This document shows positions 1-10,133 of a DNA stretch of 64,000 bases, piece after piece. The notes beneath the pieces were generated by a model. That model was not told where the DNA came from and searched no databases. It saw only the letters and a program-made list of their open reading frames with translations. The DNA is from Candidatus Latescibacterota bacterium (GTDB lineage: Bacteria > Latescibacterota > UBA2968 > UBA8231), in the NCBI GenBank assembly GCA_965197905.1, contig CBDAOB010000005.1:672001-736000 (forward strand), read 5' to 3'. The position numbers were made by a program, and so were the translations under genes. The stretch's first letter is position 1. Each line of letters starts with the position of its first letter.

Positions 1-640
1 ATCGTCCGGCGACGGTGTTCCTGTATTCGCTCGATTTGGCTTTCTTCGACTTGTCGACCACGTTCAATAATATCGCGCAGCTTGGGCGTATAAGCCTGCC
101 CGTACTGTTGAAAAAGATCAGTGTGGCTCTGGGCGCACTCTGCGGCGACCAATGTCCAGTGGTTCTCGTATGCATCGGAAATTGAAGCGGGCAACGCCAA
201 GTCACTAACCTCATGTCCCAGATCTGATAATTGGCCGGAGGCAGCCTGGAGCGCCTGTGACATCGACGTCTCAGGCGGGTCGCATCGCATGTCTTGTACA
301 AACGCAATCCGAAGCGACGGTCGCGCTTCTTTGACGGCTTCGTCGGTAAGCGACAAGAAGACAGTCTGGACGTCTCGCACATTTGTGGCGAAGACACCGA
401 CCGTATCCACGCTGGGCGCAAACGGAAAAACGCCTTCGATGGGTAATCGTCCGAAAGTGGGCTTAAATCCCACGACACCACAGAAGGACGCCGGTCGATT
501 CACAGAGCCGACGGTTTGGGAGCAATGCGCGCCATACCGCTAGCCACGGCCGCGGCTGATCCGCTACTCGATCCGCCCGGTGTATGGTCCAAGTGCCAGG
601 GGTTTCGTGTCGGACCGGGATCAGCGTAAGCGAATGTCGT
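1..640 (-). pseudogene. Amidase-signature family protein, partial and frameshifted
   Basis: Manual translation gives [35 protein letters not shown], then after a frameshift near 520 [25 protein letters not shown]. The N-terminus is missing at the repeat at 642, and the gene runs off the window start. Confidence 0.8.
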
Positions 641-641
641 G

Positions 642-720
642 GACCATCGGCCGCTACGCGCCAGCGCTGGCGTCCTTGACCGTCAGTTGACCATCGGCCG
701 CTACGCGCCAGCGCTGGCGT
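642..720. repeat. 32-bp direct repeat, two copies, with an internal palindrome
   Basis: GACCATCGGCCGCTACGCGCCAGCGCTGGCGT at 642-673 and 689-720, separated by 15 bp; contains the perfect palindrome CGCCAGCGCTGGCG. Confidence 0.9.
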
Positions 721-801
721 GCCGTCGGTTCATCCCAATCGACCAACGCGTGAACTTCTGGCTCCCATCGGACTTTCCAACTCTTTTTCGTTCATATCTG
801 A

Positions 802-879
802 TCCATCGGGCGGCGAGAATGGGCAGAAAGACGGCCTCAAGACGACGACATCACCTTAGTGGCGTTGAAGGCGAAGTAA
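802..879 (+). pseudogene. C-terminal remnant of a SpoIIE/RsbU-type PP2C phosphatase
   Basis: Reads EWAERRPQDDDITLVALKAK-stop, matching the DDIT terminal motif; no upstream body. Confidence 0.55.
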
Positions 880-883
880 CCTC

Positions 884-1045
884 TTAAACCCTCCATCGAT
901 CCTCCGAACGTACCAGTACCAGGTAGTCTCGGCCCTGCCGACTCACATGGCGAACTACAGGGCCAGAAACCTCCCGAATCGCGCCAGGGTATTCGAGAGT
1001 CCGTCGCTCCTCATCGAATTCCTTGAGGATGCTTTCGAGGTTCAC
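884..1045 (-). pseudogene. Truncated N-terminus, probably of a GNAT acetyltransferase
   Basis: AAGGAG RBS with GTG at 1045; ILKEFDEERRTLEYPGAIREVSGPVVRH resembles GNAT N-termini; ends after about 53 codons. Confidence 0.45.
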
Positions 1046-1116
1046 CGTCTTCTCCTTGGGTGATTCCATGTGGTTCTGTGGCGTTTTCATGAATCGATCG
1101 GATTGGAAAAGGGCCA

Positions 1117-1890
1117 TCAGGCCGCCAGGATCGTTTCGACATATTCGCGTTCCGTTCGGGCTGCCTCTGCCGGGTCGGCCCAGGTGACGCCTTCGAGTTC
1201 GACGACCAGGGTGCCGTCGTATCCGGCCCCTCTCAGGGTGCGAATCAGACCTTCGAAGGGAAGGTCGCCTTCTCCGAAGGGCACCGGTTGATCTCCCTGC
1301 TGGTCCCTGAGGTGGACCAGGCCGATTCGGTCGGCAAAGGTTTCGGCAAATTGAAGGATGTCACCGCCGGCGGAGAGGAGGTGTCCGGTGTCGAGGAGGA
1401 TTCTGACGCGGCCGTCCAGGTGGGGTATGACGGTCTGGTAATCGGCCAGATCCTGCAGGCGGCTGCCCATGTGGTTTCCCAGGTTCAGAGTGACGTCCGG
1501 GACCCGTTCCAGGAGCTGGTTGACACCTTCGATCAGGTCCTCCTGGGCTTCCTGCGTTCGGGCGCCCGCTTTGAGATTGGCGGTTTTGAGGCCGAGCGCC
1601 CGGGCCAGGTGGATGTCCCACTCCACCTGCCCCAGGTTGTAGTGCAGGTTGCGTTCGTCCGAATCGGCTTTGCGGCCGGTGAGATTGCGGACGTTCAGGC
1701 CGATGAGAGTGACACCGGCAGATTGAAGGCATTCGCGGACCATCCGGACCGAGGTGTCGGGATGGATCGGACTGCTTTCGGTCCAGGCCCGGAAGAGTTC
1801 GATTCTGCCAAAGCCGGCGTTTTTGGCCATTTCGAGGGCGTCGGAGAGGAGGGCTTCTGGACAGACGGTCGGGCTGAAGCTCAGGTTCAT
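1117..1890 (-). CDS. Sugar phosphate isomerase/epimerase (AP endonuclease 2 TIM barrel)
   Basis: Start MNLSFSPT with AGGAG RBS; motifs LLDTGH, VHLRD, FGEGDLP, VVELE. Confidence 0.85.
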   Translation of the reverse strand: MNLSFSPTVCPEALLSDALEMAKNAGFGRIELFRAWTESSPIHPDTSVRMVRECLQSAGVTLIGLNVRNLTGRKADSDERNLHYNLGQVEWDIHLARALGLKTANLKAGARTQEAQEDLIEGVNQLLERVPDVTLNLGNHMGSRLQDLADYQTVIPHLDGRVRILLDTGHLLSAGGDILQFAETFADRIGLVHLRDQQGDQPVPFGEGDLPFEGLIRTLRGAGYDGTLVVELEGVTWADPAEAARTEREYVETILAA

Positions 1891-1952
1891 GGTAGCTCCT
1901 GTGAAAGGTCGTAGAGGTGACCGGGCGGGCGACCCCTTGAACCATGATCGGT

Positions 1953-2705
1953 TTATTCGATCCCTTCGTAGTATTCCCAGATGTCGTCGGGGCTTTCGAA
2001 AAGGATGTCGTCGTTGTCGATCCGACGCAGGCGGCCGATGAGGGCCAACCGGATCTCTTTGCCGTAGTTCTGGCTGCCGGTGTGCACCAGCTGTCCGTGC
2101 CAGAAGCAGGCCGTTCCGGGCGGGCCGGTGACCTCGACCGCTTCGGGCATGTCGAAGATGTCGTAGGCGTTGGCGTTGCCGCCCTTCAGGCTGGGCAGGG
2201 CGTGGGTCTTGAAATATTCTGCGGCCTGCCTGTGGGTGCCGGGGAACAGGGTGAAGCCGCCGGCCCTGGGTTCGACGTGGTTCAGGTAGAGGATGGTGCC
2301 CAGGCTGAATTTGTCCACGGTGCCTTCCGGCACGCCGTTGGTCGGGGTGTAGTAGCCGTCCAGGTGGCCGCCCGAAGCGGGTTTCCAGTCCGATCTGCCG
2401 GTCGGAAACCGGAAGTGGGGCCCCGGTCTTCCGTCTTTGCGGAGTTTCCCCTTGCCGACGATCTCTTCGGCCATGTCGAAGATGGGGGACTCGTAGAGGG
2501 TGGCCAGGATTGCCGGATGGTCTCCGACGGGCGGATTGCGCGGGCCGGAGTCGATCCAGGTTCCGGGGTCGTCCCGGTCGCATTCGAGATGCTCCCAGAT
2601 CACATCGAGCGCATTCTGGAGCTGTTCCTCGGTGAGGGTGTCGTGCTTGACCAAATAGCCGTTCTCTTTAAAGGTGGCTTTGTCGTCAGATGTAAGATAG
2701 GGCAT
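1953..2705 (-). CDS. Phytanoyl-CoA dioxygenase (PhyH) family protein
   Basis: FKENGYLV, HLD facial-triad motif, GGFTLFPGTH, WHGQLVH; GGAG RBS before MPYLT. Confidence 0.85.
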   Translation of the reverse strand: MPYLTSDDKATFKENGYLVKHDTLTEEQLQNALDVIWEHLECDRDDPGTWIDSGPRNPPVGDHPAILATLYESPIFDMAEEIVGKGKLRKDGRPGPHFRFPTGRSDWKPASGGHLDGYYTPTNGVPEGTVDKFSLGTILYLNHVEPRAGGFTLFPGTHRQAAEYFKTHALPSLKGGNANAYDIFDMPEAVEVTGPPGTACFWHGQLVHTGSQNYGKEIRLALIGRLRRIDNDDILFESPDDIWEYYEGIE

Positions 2706-2809
2706 CAGAAGTGTCTCCCCGGCGTTGCCATTCAGATGGGTATGCCAAGCGCCGGTTGGGGTTGCTGCCCTGGGAACAGCCGGCACCTCTTGACTGAAAG
2801 GTGAATAGA

Positions 2810-3551
2810 ATGTCGAAGCATGAAAAGTACGATTGTGACGAGATTTGGGAAGAAATATGGGGACCTGGCGGCGTCGAACTCACAGAAACGTTGGCAGACA
2901 GCATGGCTCTTTCCCCCGGATCTAACGTTCTGGATGGTGGAGCCGGGGTCAGGCGAGACTAGCTGTTTCTTGGCAGCAGAGTACAAATGGAATGTTCTGT
3001 CGGTCGAGATCGATCCTCAAGAAGTGCCCGTAATCCAGCGCAAGGCGAACGAGCGCGGGTTGGCGGGTGTGGTGGCTATCCGAGGGAATTTGGCAGACCT
3101 TGACCTGGCTGATGAGAGTGTTGATGGGGTTATTTGTCAGGGCGTCTTTGAAATGCTTGATGAACAAAGACCCAAAGCATTGCGGGAAATGAAGCGCATT
3201 TTACGACCTGGAGGACGCATTGGCATTGCTGACCCCATGCAGACAAGGGAGGTCCCCGATGACGAGGCGCTACGTCTTTATGGAGAAGATGATCCATGTC
3301 GATTTCGCAAGTTATTTCGGACACTAGAGTGGAACGTTGATCTAGCGAATCGGACAGACTTGGAGGTCATATCAGCCTACTATCATCCAGATAGCTAACG
3401 GTTCTGGGATGATTTCTACGCTCCGCTGTTGGACGAACAGGGCCAAGTGAAAGAAGAGCATACGGACCGAGACACAGAAGTGGAGATCTGGAAGAAGGAT
3501 GCCGGAAGGTATCACTCGATAGGGGTGATGGTACTTAGGAAGCCGGAGTAG
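2810..3551 (+). pseudogene. Class I SAM-dependent methyltransferase, disrupted
   Basis: ATG 2810 gives MSKHEK...GPGG...VLDGGAG. A +1 frameshift in GGGG at 2945-2948 leads into SGETSCFLA...ILRPGGRIG. An in-frame TAA at 3396 is followed by RFWDDFYAPLL...VLRKPE-stop. Confidence 0.8.
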
Positions 3552-3580
3552 AAACAGATATTACCAAAGTAAACTGGGAC

Positions 3581-4156
3581 ATGAACGTTAATGCACTAGC
3601 TGCACGACTAGAAGGTGAATTGGACTCGCATCAATGCCTCTTGGTTGCAATCGACGGGCCAGGTGGGGCGGGTAAGTCCACACTTGCCAACCACTTGAGC
3701 CGATCAAGAAGTTTGGTGTCCGTCGTGCGTGGCGACGATTTCTATTCGGTCATGGATCGAATTGAGAGATCAGAGCTATCCGCCCAAGACGGATATGAAA
3801 GATATTTCGATTGGAAACGCATGCGCGATCAGCTCCTTGAACCGTTGTCAAATGGCGCGGCAGCTCGATACCAACGCTACGATTGGGAACTAGATCAGCT
3901 AAGGGAATGGTTGGAGGTGCCGGCTACAGGTGTGGTATTGGTTGACGGCGTGTATACCTTTCGCCCGGAATTGAGGGAATACTACGGCTATTCAATCTTC
4001 GTCGACACGCCGAAACAGGACTGTCTCACCAGACTTAAAGAACGAGGCGACTCAGCGGATTTGATATGCCGTTGGCGCGCATCGGAGGATTATTATCAGA
4101 CGCACTTCGAGCCCGCCAGGCATGTTTCTGTTGTCATGTCAGGCGCGGACAATTGA
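3581..4156 (+). CDS. Uridine kinase-like P-loop protein
   Basis: VAIDGPGGAGKST, DDFY, YQRYDW, VLVDGVY. Confidence 0.85.
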   Translation: MNVNALAARLEGELDSHQCLLVAIDGPGGAGKSTLANHLSRSRSLVSVVRGDDFYSVMDRIERSELSAQDGYERYFDWKRMRDQLLEPLSNGAAARYQRYDWELDQLREWLEVPATGVVLVDGVYTFRPELREYYGYSIFVDTPKQDCLTRLKERGDSADLICRWRASEDYYQTHFEPARHVSVVMSGADN

Positions 4157-4266
4157 AGACGGTTCAATCGAATCAAGTCAAGGCGCTAAGAACACTTCAC
4201 GTAGCATCCGTTGAGAGCGACTTGGCAATAGGCAACTGGAGAGACATTTCGCAAATGCCGAATTGA

Positions 4267-4740
4267 ATGACAACTGCTCATTTACTTTGTGGTTTGCCTG
4301 GCTCCGGAAAGACGACGTTTGCCATTGAGCTTGAAGATTCGCACAAGGCGGTCCGGTACTCGCATGACGAATGGCTCGCCCATCTTTTCGGGCGGTGCCC
4401 GCCAAAACACGATTTCGAAGCACTACACAGCAAAGTGGCCGATCTAATCTGGCGCAATGCCTCACGGAATCTGGAGCTCAGCAACGACGTGATTCTCGAC
4501 TACGGGTTCTGGCGCCAAAAGGATCGAGACGCGATCAGAGAGGCCGTAGACGACCTCGGTGCCAGGTCAAAACTCTATTACCTCGACGCGCCGATTGAGG
4601 TCATGAGGACTCGGGTACTGAGCCGGACCAACGAGGATGAGAACTCGCTGTGGATTGACGAGGAGGCGTTTTCGAACTTCGTGACTCAGTTTGAGCCTCC
4701 AGACGAAAGCGAGAACTTTGAGCATGTCTGGACCGGGTAG
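4267..4740 (+). CDS. AAA_33-type small P-loop kinase
   Basis: CGLPGSGKTT, DEW, VILDYGFW. Confidence 0.85.
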   Translation: MTTAHLLCGLPGSGKTTFAIELEDSHKAVRYSHDEWLAHLFGRCPPKHDFEALHSKVADLIWRNASRNLELSNDVILDYGFWRQKDRDAIREAVDDLGARSKLYYLDAPIEVMRTRVLSRTNEDENSLWIDEEAFSNFVTQFEPPDESENFEHVWTG

Positions 4741-4749
4741 TGCAGGCCT

Positions 4750-5497
4750 ATGGTGAAACCCACCGACGCATACATAATCTGTGGGACCCCACGCACGGGG
4801 AGTACGTTTCTTTGTTCCCTTCTTAAGTCTACTGGAGTCGCCGGAGTACCAGAATCCTACTTCCGGGAGCCTGATGTACCAATGTGGGCAACTCGGTGGG
4901 GCATCGCTGCGAAAGACGGCGACTTTAGTGATGTGGATTATGTGCGAGCGGCCGTGAATGCCGGAAGTACCGAAAACGGCGTTTTTGGAGTTCGCATAAT
5001 GTGGGGATCAATGGAGTTCATTGTTGACAGGTTGAGAGCTATGTATCCCAACATGAGCGGGAACGCACTCGACTTGCTTGACAGCGCTTTCGGCAACGTT
5101 CGATTCGTTTGTATGACACGCGAGAACGTCCTGGCTCAAGCAATTTCGTGGCTGCGAGCCGAGCAGACAGACGTTTGGCACCTGGATGACCCAGCGATCG
5201 CGGCCAAAGAAGGACGGTCACCTCGGTTCGACTACGACGAGCTGTGCCGGCTTAGTGCTTTGATCGAGAATCACAACCAGGCATGGGCTTCATGGTTCGA
5301 GGAAGTAGATGTCCAACCCTATGTACTGAAATACGAAGATCTTGATACCGATCCCGTCGGCACGACGCGATCGCTCCTCGATTTCCTTGGGCTGTGTGTC
5401 CCGGAGGGTGTCACGATTGCTGCACCAAACGCGCGCATGGCTAGACGAAGTGACCAGGGAATGGATGGAGCGTTACAAGCAGCTTATGGCAAGCTGA
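4750..5497 (+). CDS. Stf0-family sulfotransferase with a frameshift near the 3' end
   Basis: YIICGTPRTGST PAPS-binding motif, PESYF, LAQAISW, YEDL. An extra base at about 5443 hides the true end DEVTREWMERYKQLMAS-stop. Confidence 0.85.
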
Positions 5498-5529
5498 AGA
5501 TAGATCAGTCAAGAGGGGACGTAATATTT

Positions 5530-5839
5530 CGGTGGAATAAACGCTGGAACGATCGGGATCTCATTTTCTGCACCCGGAATGGCGGACCTCAGACCCACGG
5601 TTATATAGGACACAAGTGGTTTAAGCAAATTCTCAAGCATGCTGGGCTTAGAGATGTAACTTTCCACACCTGAGGAAAACTTCTGGGTCGTTATTGCTGC
5701 AGGAAAGCGGCGATCTCAAAGAAGTGCAAGCCCATCTGCGCACGCTCGCATCGAAACCACCGCCAATGTTTATGCCACGGTGTACAAAGGCAAGCGGCGC
5801 GAGTCCTTGACGAGAATCCAGGAAAAGATCGCCATCTAA
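5530..5839 (+). mobile_element. Tyrosine recombinase/phage integrase C-terminal remnant
   Basis: WNDRDLIFCTRNG...FKQILKHAGL...FHT(L)RKT...VQAHL(G)HARIETTANVYA, i.e. HxLR, LGH and the catalytic Tyr, with frameshifts near 5670 and 5740. Confidence 0.8.
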
Positions 5840-6061
5840 TTATTTGCTAAGTATTTCGCTATGAATTGCGTATAACCATGTGTAATCGAACACCCCGTCC
5901 TCTCTGTATTCGCCTCTGTTCCTACCCCTTCATATCTTCCGCGCACTACTACTCCTACTGGTTCGAGCATCTACAACAGTTCAGGCCAGAAAATCCGCAC
6001 TCTCGCCCATGGGCATTTTTCACCCGGAAGGCACGAGATCTACTGGGATGGTCGGGACGAG

Positions 6062-7156
6062 GTGGGAAGAGATGCGGCCTCCGGGCTCTACCTCTATAGC
6101 CTCCGGGCCGGGTCTTTTGCCCAACATCGCAAGATGCTTATGACCGATGGCGGCGGTGGTGTGTCAAAGACTGGCAAGATTGTGCTCCAGGCAGCCGTTT
6201 ATTCGGTGGCGCTCACCGGCGAGCAGATTCTGGATCGCGTCGAGCAGGTTCGCGTGGGTGGCGATAGCAACATCGATTTCCGTGTCGACGAGCGCTTCTT
6301 GTGGACCCGACGCGCACCCATGCCGACGTTGCGACAGGAGATTGCCGCCGCCGCAATCGACGACAGGATCTACGTCTTCGGCGGATTGGACGACGACGCC
6401 AATTCGATCGACGTGGTCGAGGCGTACGCGCCTCACACCGATACCTGGGAACGTCGACAAAACCTTCCGCTAACCCTCAATCACCTCGCCGCGGTTGCCG
6501 TAGGAGGACGGATCTACATCATGGGCGGGTACGTCAACTTCGGCCGCGGTCTGCTCATTTCGGATCAGACCCTCGAGTACGATCCAACCGCCGACTCGTG
6601 GTCGAGAAAGGCGGACATGCCGTTCGCGCGTGGCGCCCACGGCGCGGCTTTTCTGGATGGCCGCGTCTACGTGGTGGGTGGCATCGGGTCGCCGGCCGGA
6701 GAGCAGACGCGGGTGATGATCTATGATTCAGCGGAGGATACCTGGGACGTAGGTGCTCACATGCCGATTCCGTCGGAACACCTGGCGGTGGCCGCCGCGG
6801 CGGGTCGGATCTATGCCATTTCCGGTCGCTTCGGAACGGGTCTCTCCGAGGTCCAGGTCTACGACCCCGGTAGGGACACCTGGGAGTTGCGCGCCCACAT
6901 TCCGACGGCGCGTAGTGGTATCACTTCTCAGTCGTGGTTGGGGCGGATCTTCGTTTTCGGCGGCGAGCTCCCCGGGGTCTTCGATGACAACGAGGTGTAC
7001 GATCCCTTGGGAGATGCCTGGGAGACTGCTGCCCCCATGCCTACCGCCCGTCATGGTTTGGCCAGCGGCATCGTCGACGGCAAGATCTACGTTATCGGCG
7101 GCGGAACGGTGGCCGGCTTGCGCGCCACCGACGCAGTAGAGGAATACGTCCCTTGA
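6062..7156 (+). CDS. Kelch-repeat protein preceded by a partial FlgD-Ig domain; 5' truncated
   Basis: Six kelch blades (YVFGG, YIMGG, YVVGG, YAISG, FVFGG, YVIGG). The frame continues upstream as IYNSSGQKIRTL...WDGRD...ASGLYLY from about 5966 with no start codon. Confidence 0.85.
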   Translation: MGRDAASGLYLYSLRAGSFAQHRKMLMTDGGGGVSKTGKIVLQAAVYSVALTGEQILDRVEQVRVGGDSNIDFRVDERFLWTRRAPMPTLRQEIAAAAIDDRIYVFGGLDDDANSIDVVEAYAPHTDTWERRQNLPLTLNHLAAVAVGGRIYIMGGYVNFGRGLLISDQTLEYDPTADSWSRKADMPFARGAHGAAFLDGRVYVVGGIGSPAGEQTRVMIYDSAEDTWDVGAHMPIPSEHLAVAAAAGRIYAISGRFGTGLSEVQVYDPGRDTWELRAHIPTARSGITSQSWLGRIFVFGGELPGVFDDNEVYDPLGDAWETAAPMPTARHGLASGIVDGKIYVIGGGTVAGLRATDAVEEYVP

Positions 7157-7235
7157 TCGCCGAGTCCTTAGAGGTTAGGTCTATGGTGTCGGGGCTTGGT
7201 CGGCCTCAAGCCCATAACCAAAAACGGGATATGAC

Positions 7236-8120
7236 ATGATAGAAATGAGCGAACGCGAGAAGTTTCTCCTGGACTTGCAGGGTTTTTTGCATGTGAGGGA
7301 GTTTCTGTCTGCGGAAGAAGTACGTGCCCTCAACGAAGCCGTAGATGCCAATGTAGACGAGGAAGCCGAGGATTTCTTTCCTCCGGAAGCCCAATACGGC
7401 GGCGGGATGGACGGGCAAATCGGCAAAGGAACCATAGAAGGAATGCTCACCTGGGAGCAGCCGTGGTGCCAGCCCTTCCGCGACATGCTGGCCCATCCGA
7501 AACTCATCCCATATCTCAATACGCTCTTTGGTCGAGGCTGGAGAATGGACGAACGGCCGTTTATCAGCGTTGCCAAGAAGGGCACGGGCGGTCACGGCCT
7601 GCATGGTGTTACCAGCCGAATTTTCGACGGGAGCCAGTTCTACCACTATGCCAACGGCGAGATACGCGCGGGGCTGGCCGTTTTCCAGTTCCAACTGGCA
7701 GACATCAATCCCGGCGACGGGGGGCTGGCCGTAATTCAGGGCAGTCACAAGGCGAATTTCAAATGCCCCGAAGATATCATGCTCTGGAGCGCTGACCGGG
7801 AAGTGGTGCGAGGTGTGGGTGGCAAGGCCGGGGACATGGCGATCTTCCTCGAGGCCACCATACACGGGGCTTTTCCCTGGACGGCGGAGCACAATCGGCG
7901 CTCGCTCTTCTACCGCTACGGACCCAAGTACCTCACTTATCACGCGGACTACATCGAGACCAGCCAGCCCGAGTGGGTGAGCGAGCTGACCGATGTGCAA
8001 CGAGCCGTTCTGGAACCTGCCTACGTTTATGCCCGGCCCCTGCTGGAGGACGACGGAGCGACGCTGGTGCATCCCGGGCAAGAGCCGGCCGCCCACCGTC
8101 CCCCGAAAAAGGACGCGTAG
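7236..8120 (+). CDS. PhyH-family dioxygenase-like protein
   Basis: FLLDLQGFL, GGLAVIQGSHK, EATIHG, RRSLFYRY. Confidence 0.8.
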   Translation: MIEMSEREKFLLDLQGFLHVREFLSAEEVRALNEAVDANVDEEAEDFFPPEAQYGGGMDGQIGKGTIEGMLTWEQPWCQPFRDMLAHPKLIPYLNTLFGRGWRMDERPFISVAKKGTGGHGLHGVTSRIFDGSQFYHYANGEIRAGLAVFQFQLADINPGDGGLAVIQGSHKANFKCPEDIMLWSADREVVRGVGGKAGDMAIFLEATIHGAFPWTAEHNRRSLFYRYGPKYLTYHADYIETSQPEWVSELTDVQRAVLEPAYVYARPLLEDDGATLVHPGQEPAAHRPPKKDA

Positions 8121-8127
8121 AATCCAA

Positions 8128-9774
8128 ATGAGCCCAATGGACGAGAAACGAAAAGCAGCACGCTGGCGGCAGCGGCGCATCATCTACAACAACGACGGCG
8201 ACGACGTCAGGGAGCCGGTTAATCACCACGAACTCCTCTGGCAGATCATCAAGCGCAGTGGCGGCGACCTGGCAGAGGACTTCCTGAAGGCGCGCAGCAC
8301 GCCGCTATTGGGCACCCAGGTGGACAGCATATGGTACTCCACCTGCTTCGCCGGCCTCACTTTCTCACACCACACCCAGCGGGGCGATTTCTTCGGCAAG
8401 GACGTTCCCCTGGAACTCGTAGAAAGCTGTGGGCGCGACAACCTGCAGATCCAGGCGGACTTCTGCCACCAGAACGGCCTCGAAGCGTTCTGGTCGCTGC
8501 GCATGAACGACACCCACGATGCTTTTCCCGATGGTATCCGCACCAACTTTCACCCACTGGCCCCGTTCAAGCAGGCCAATCCGCACTATATGATGGGGGA
8601 GCCTGGTGACTGGGAGAAATATCCCAAGGGACCGAAACACGGGTGGACCTCTCTCGATTTCAGCTATCCGGAGGTTCGGGAGCACGTATTCTCGTTGATC
8701 GAGGAGGTATGCCAGGGTTACGACGTCGATGGGGTGGAACTGGACTTCTTCCGCGCTCCGAGGTTTTTCCCGCCTACAATGGAGGGGCAAGCCGTCGAGG
8801 AACAGCACATACAAATTATGACCGACCTGATGCGGCGCATCAGTTCGGCCGCTAACGAGGCGGGTCAGAAAAGGGGACGTCCGTTACTGCTGGCCGTGCG
8901 GGTGCCAAGGACCGTCGAGGCAGGGCGTTTCATCGGACTCGATACGGAAACGTGGCTCGCGGAAGATTTAGTTGATCTGTTGATCGCGGGTGATAATCCC
9001 AATTCGACATTGACCAAGTCATTCGAGGAGATCGTGACGCTGGGGCACCGCCACGATGTTCCGGTGTATCCCTGCGTTCCGTGGCTGTTCTGGCATTACT
9101 GGGCTTTTCTTGAACTGGCGGCAGATGAACACCCGACTCAGGACGACTGGATAGCCACGATGTACTGCGGCGATCCGAAAGATCTGGACAAACCGTGTTA
9201 TCTCGACCTCTTCAACGCATGGGAAGGAACTGCGGCCAACTTGCGCGGTGCCGCTGCGAATCTTTGGAACGCTGGCGCCGACGGGATATATGTCTTCAAC
9301 GGATTTTGCGGTCCCAGCATGAATGCCTGGAACGAGATCGGTGATCCCACATCGCTGGCAAACAAGGACAAGGTGTTCGGCGTTGACTGGTTTCCAGGAG
9401 ACTTGAGTGTTGAGGAGGCGCTTGGAATGCGCGGAATGGAGCTAAAACTGGGAGAGCCGGCCCAGGCACACTTTCAGGTGGGGGAGGAGGTGACGGCGGG
9501 AACAATCTCGCAGTTGCGATTTCGTCTTCACCTGTGGCACTCTTCCGACGCGGACGACCTCGATATCAAGCTCAACGATGAATCGCTCGACCGTCTCACG
9601 CCCGACGGCCCCGGCAGCTCGTCTACGGGAAGTCGCTGGTTCGAGTGCGCGATAAGTCCGACTCATCTAAAACGGGGCGAGAATTGGGTCGAGCTGCTGC
9701 TAAAGAAGCGAGGAGATTCGATAGACGTGCCGCTCGTACTGGATGCCGTCCAGCTTCATGTTCAGCAGGGATAG
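8128..9774 (+). CDS. Glycoside hydrolase-like TIM barrel (GHL10-like) with C-terminal beta domain
   Basis: RIIYNNDG, SLRMNDTH, LDFSYPEVR, YDVDGVELDF, GADGIYVFN. Confidence 0.7.
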   Translation: MSPMDEKRKAARWRQRRIIYNNDGDDVREPVNHHELLWQIIKRSGGDLAEDFLKARSTPLLGTQVDSIWYSTCFAGLTFSHHTQRGDFFGKDVPLELVESCGRDNLQIQADFCHQNGLEAFWSLRMNDTHDAFPDGIRTNFHPLAPFKQANPHYMMGEPGDWEKYPKGPKHGWTSLDFSYPEVREHVFSLIEEVCQGYDVDGVELDFFRAPRFFPPTMEGQAVEEQHIQIMTDLMRRISSAANEAGQKRGRPLLLAVRVPRTVEAGRFIGLDTETWLAEDLVDLLIAGDNPNSTLTKSFEEIVTLGHRHDVPVYPCVPWLFWHYWAFLELAADEHPTQDDWIATMYCGDPKDLDKPCYLDLFNAWEGTAANLRGAAANLWNAGADGIYVFNGFCGPSMNAWNEIGDPTSLANKDKVFGVDWFPGDLSVEEALGMRGMELKLGEPAQAHFQVGEEVTAGTISQLRFRLHLWHSSDADDLDIKLNDESLDRLTPDGPGSSSTGSRWFECAISPTHLKRGENWVELLLKKRGDSIDVPLVLDAVQLHVQQG

Positions 9775-9975
9775 ACATCGGCTGGTAAGACGCCTGTCTT
9801 CCGTCTCAATCTCATAGCCTCTGCCAAGCAGGAGACGAGCACTAAAAACGACATAATTGTCGCCATGATTCATATTTGGCACAAAACTGTAGTATTAATC
9901 AGAGGTCCCGAACGCCCGAAGTTTTCTAATTAAATCGCTTACGTCGCAGTTTCTCGACAAAATTGTTGTATTTCT

Positions 9976-10107
9976 GTGCTGTTGGAACAAACCGGCGGAA
10001 ACATCGCCGCAGCCGCGCGGTTATTGGGCACCAACCGACCGAGAATCTATCGATTTATCGAAGAGAATCGCGCCCCGGCGAGCGGAAAGGTCAATCTGGA
10101 GAATTGA
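9976..10107 (+). pseudogene. Isolated Fis-type HTH fragment
   Basis: LLEQTGGNIAAAARLLGTNRPRIYR with no upstream AAA domain. Confidence 0.6.
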
Positions 10108-10133
10108 TGCCCAGACGGTGAGTCGAGTAGGGA

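Noticed and set aside
642..720. CRISPR array from the 32-bp repeat
   Set aside because: Only two copies, a 15-bp spacer and no cas genes.
1891..2583. N-terminal 231 aa of the 488-aa ORF 1117-2583
   Set aside because: Arg/Pro-rich shadow frame overlapping the PhyH gene; the real start has an RBS at 1890.
3396..3398. Stop-codon recoding in the methyltransferase, or pyrrolysine at the SWIB TAG
   Set aside because: The stop is TAA in a gene that is also frameshifted; TAG and TAA end many normal genes here and no recoding machinery is visible.
4750..5673. Stf0-integrase fusion protein
   Set aside because: Produced by a frameshift near 5443; the corrected frame stops at 5497.
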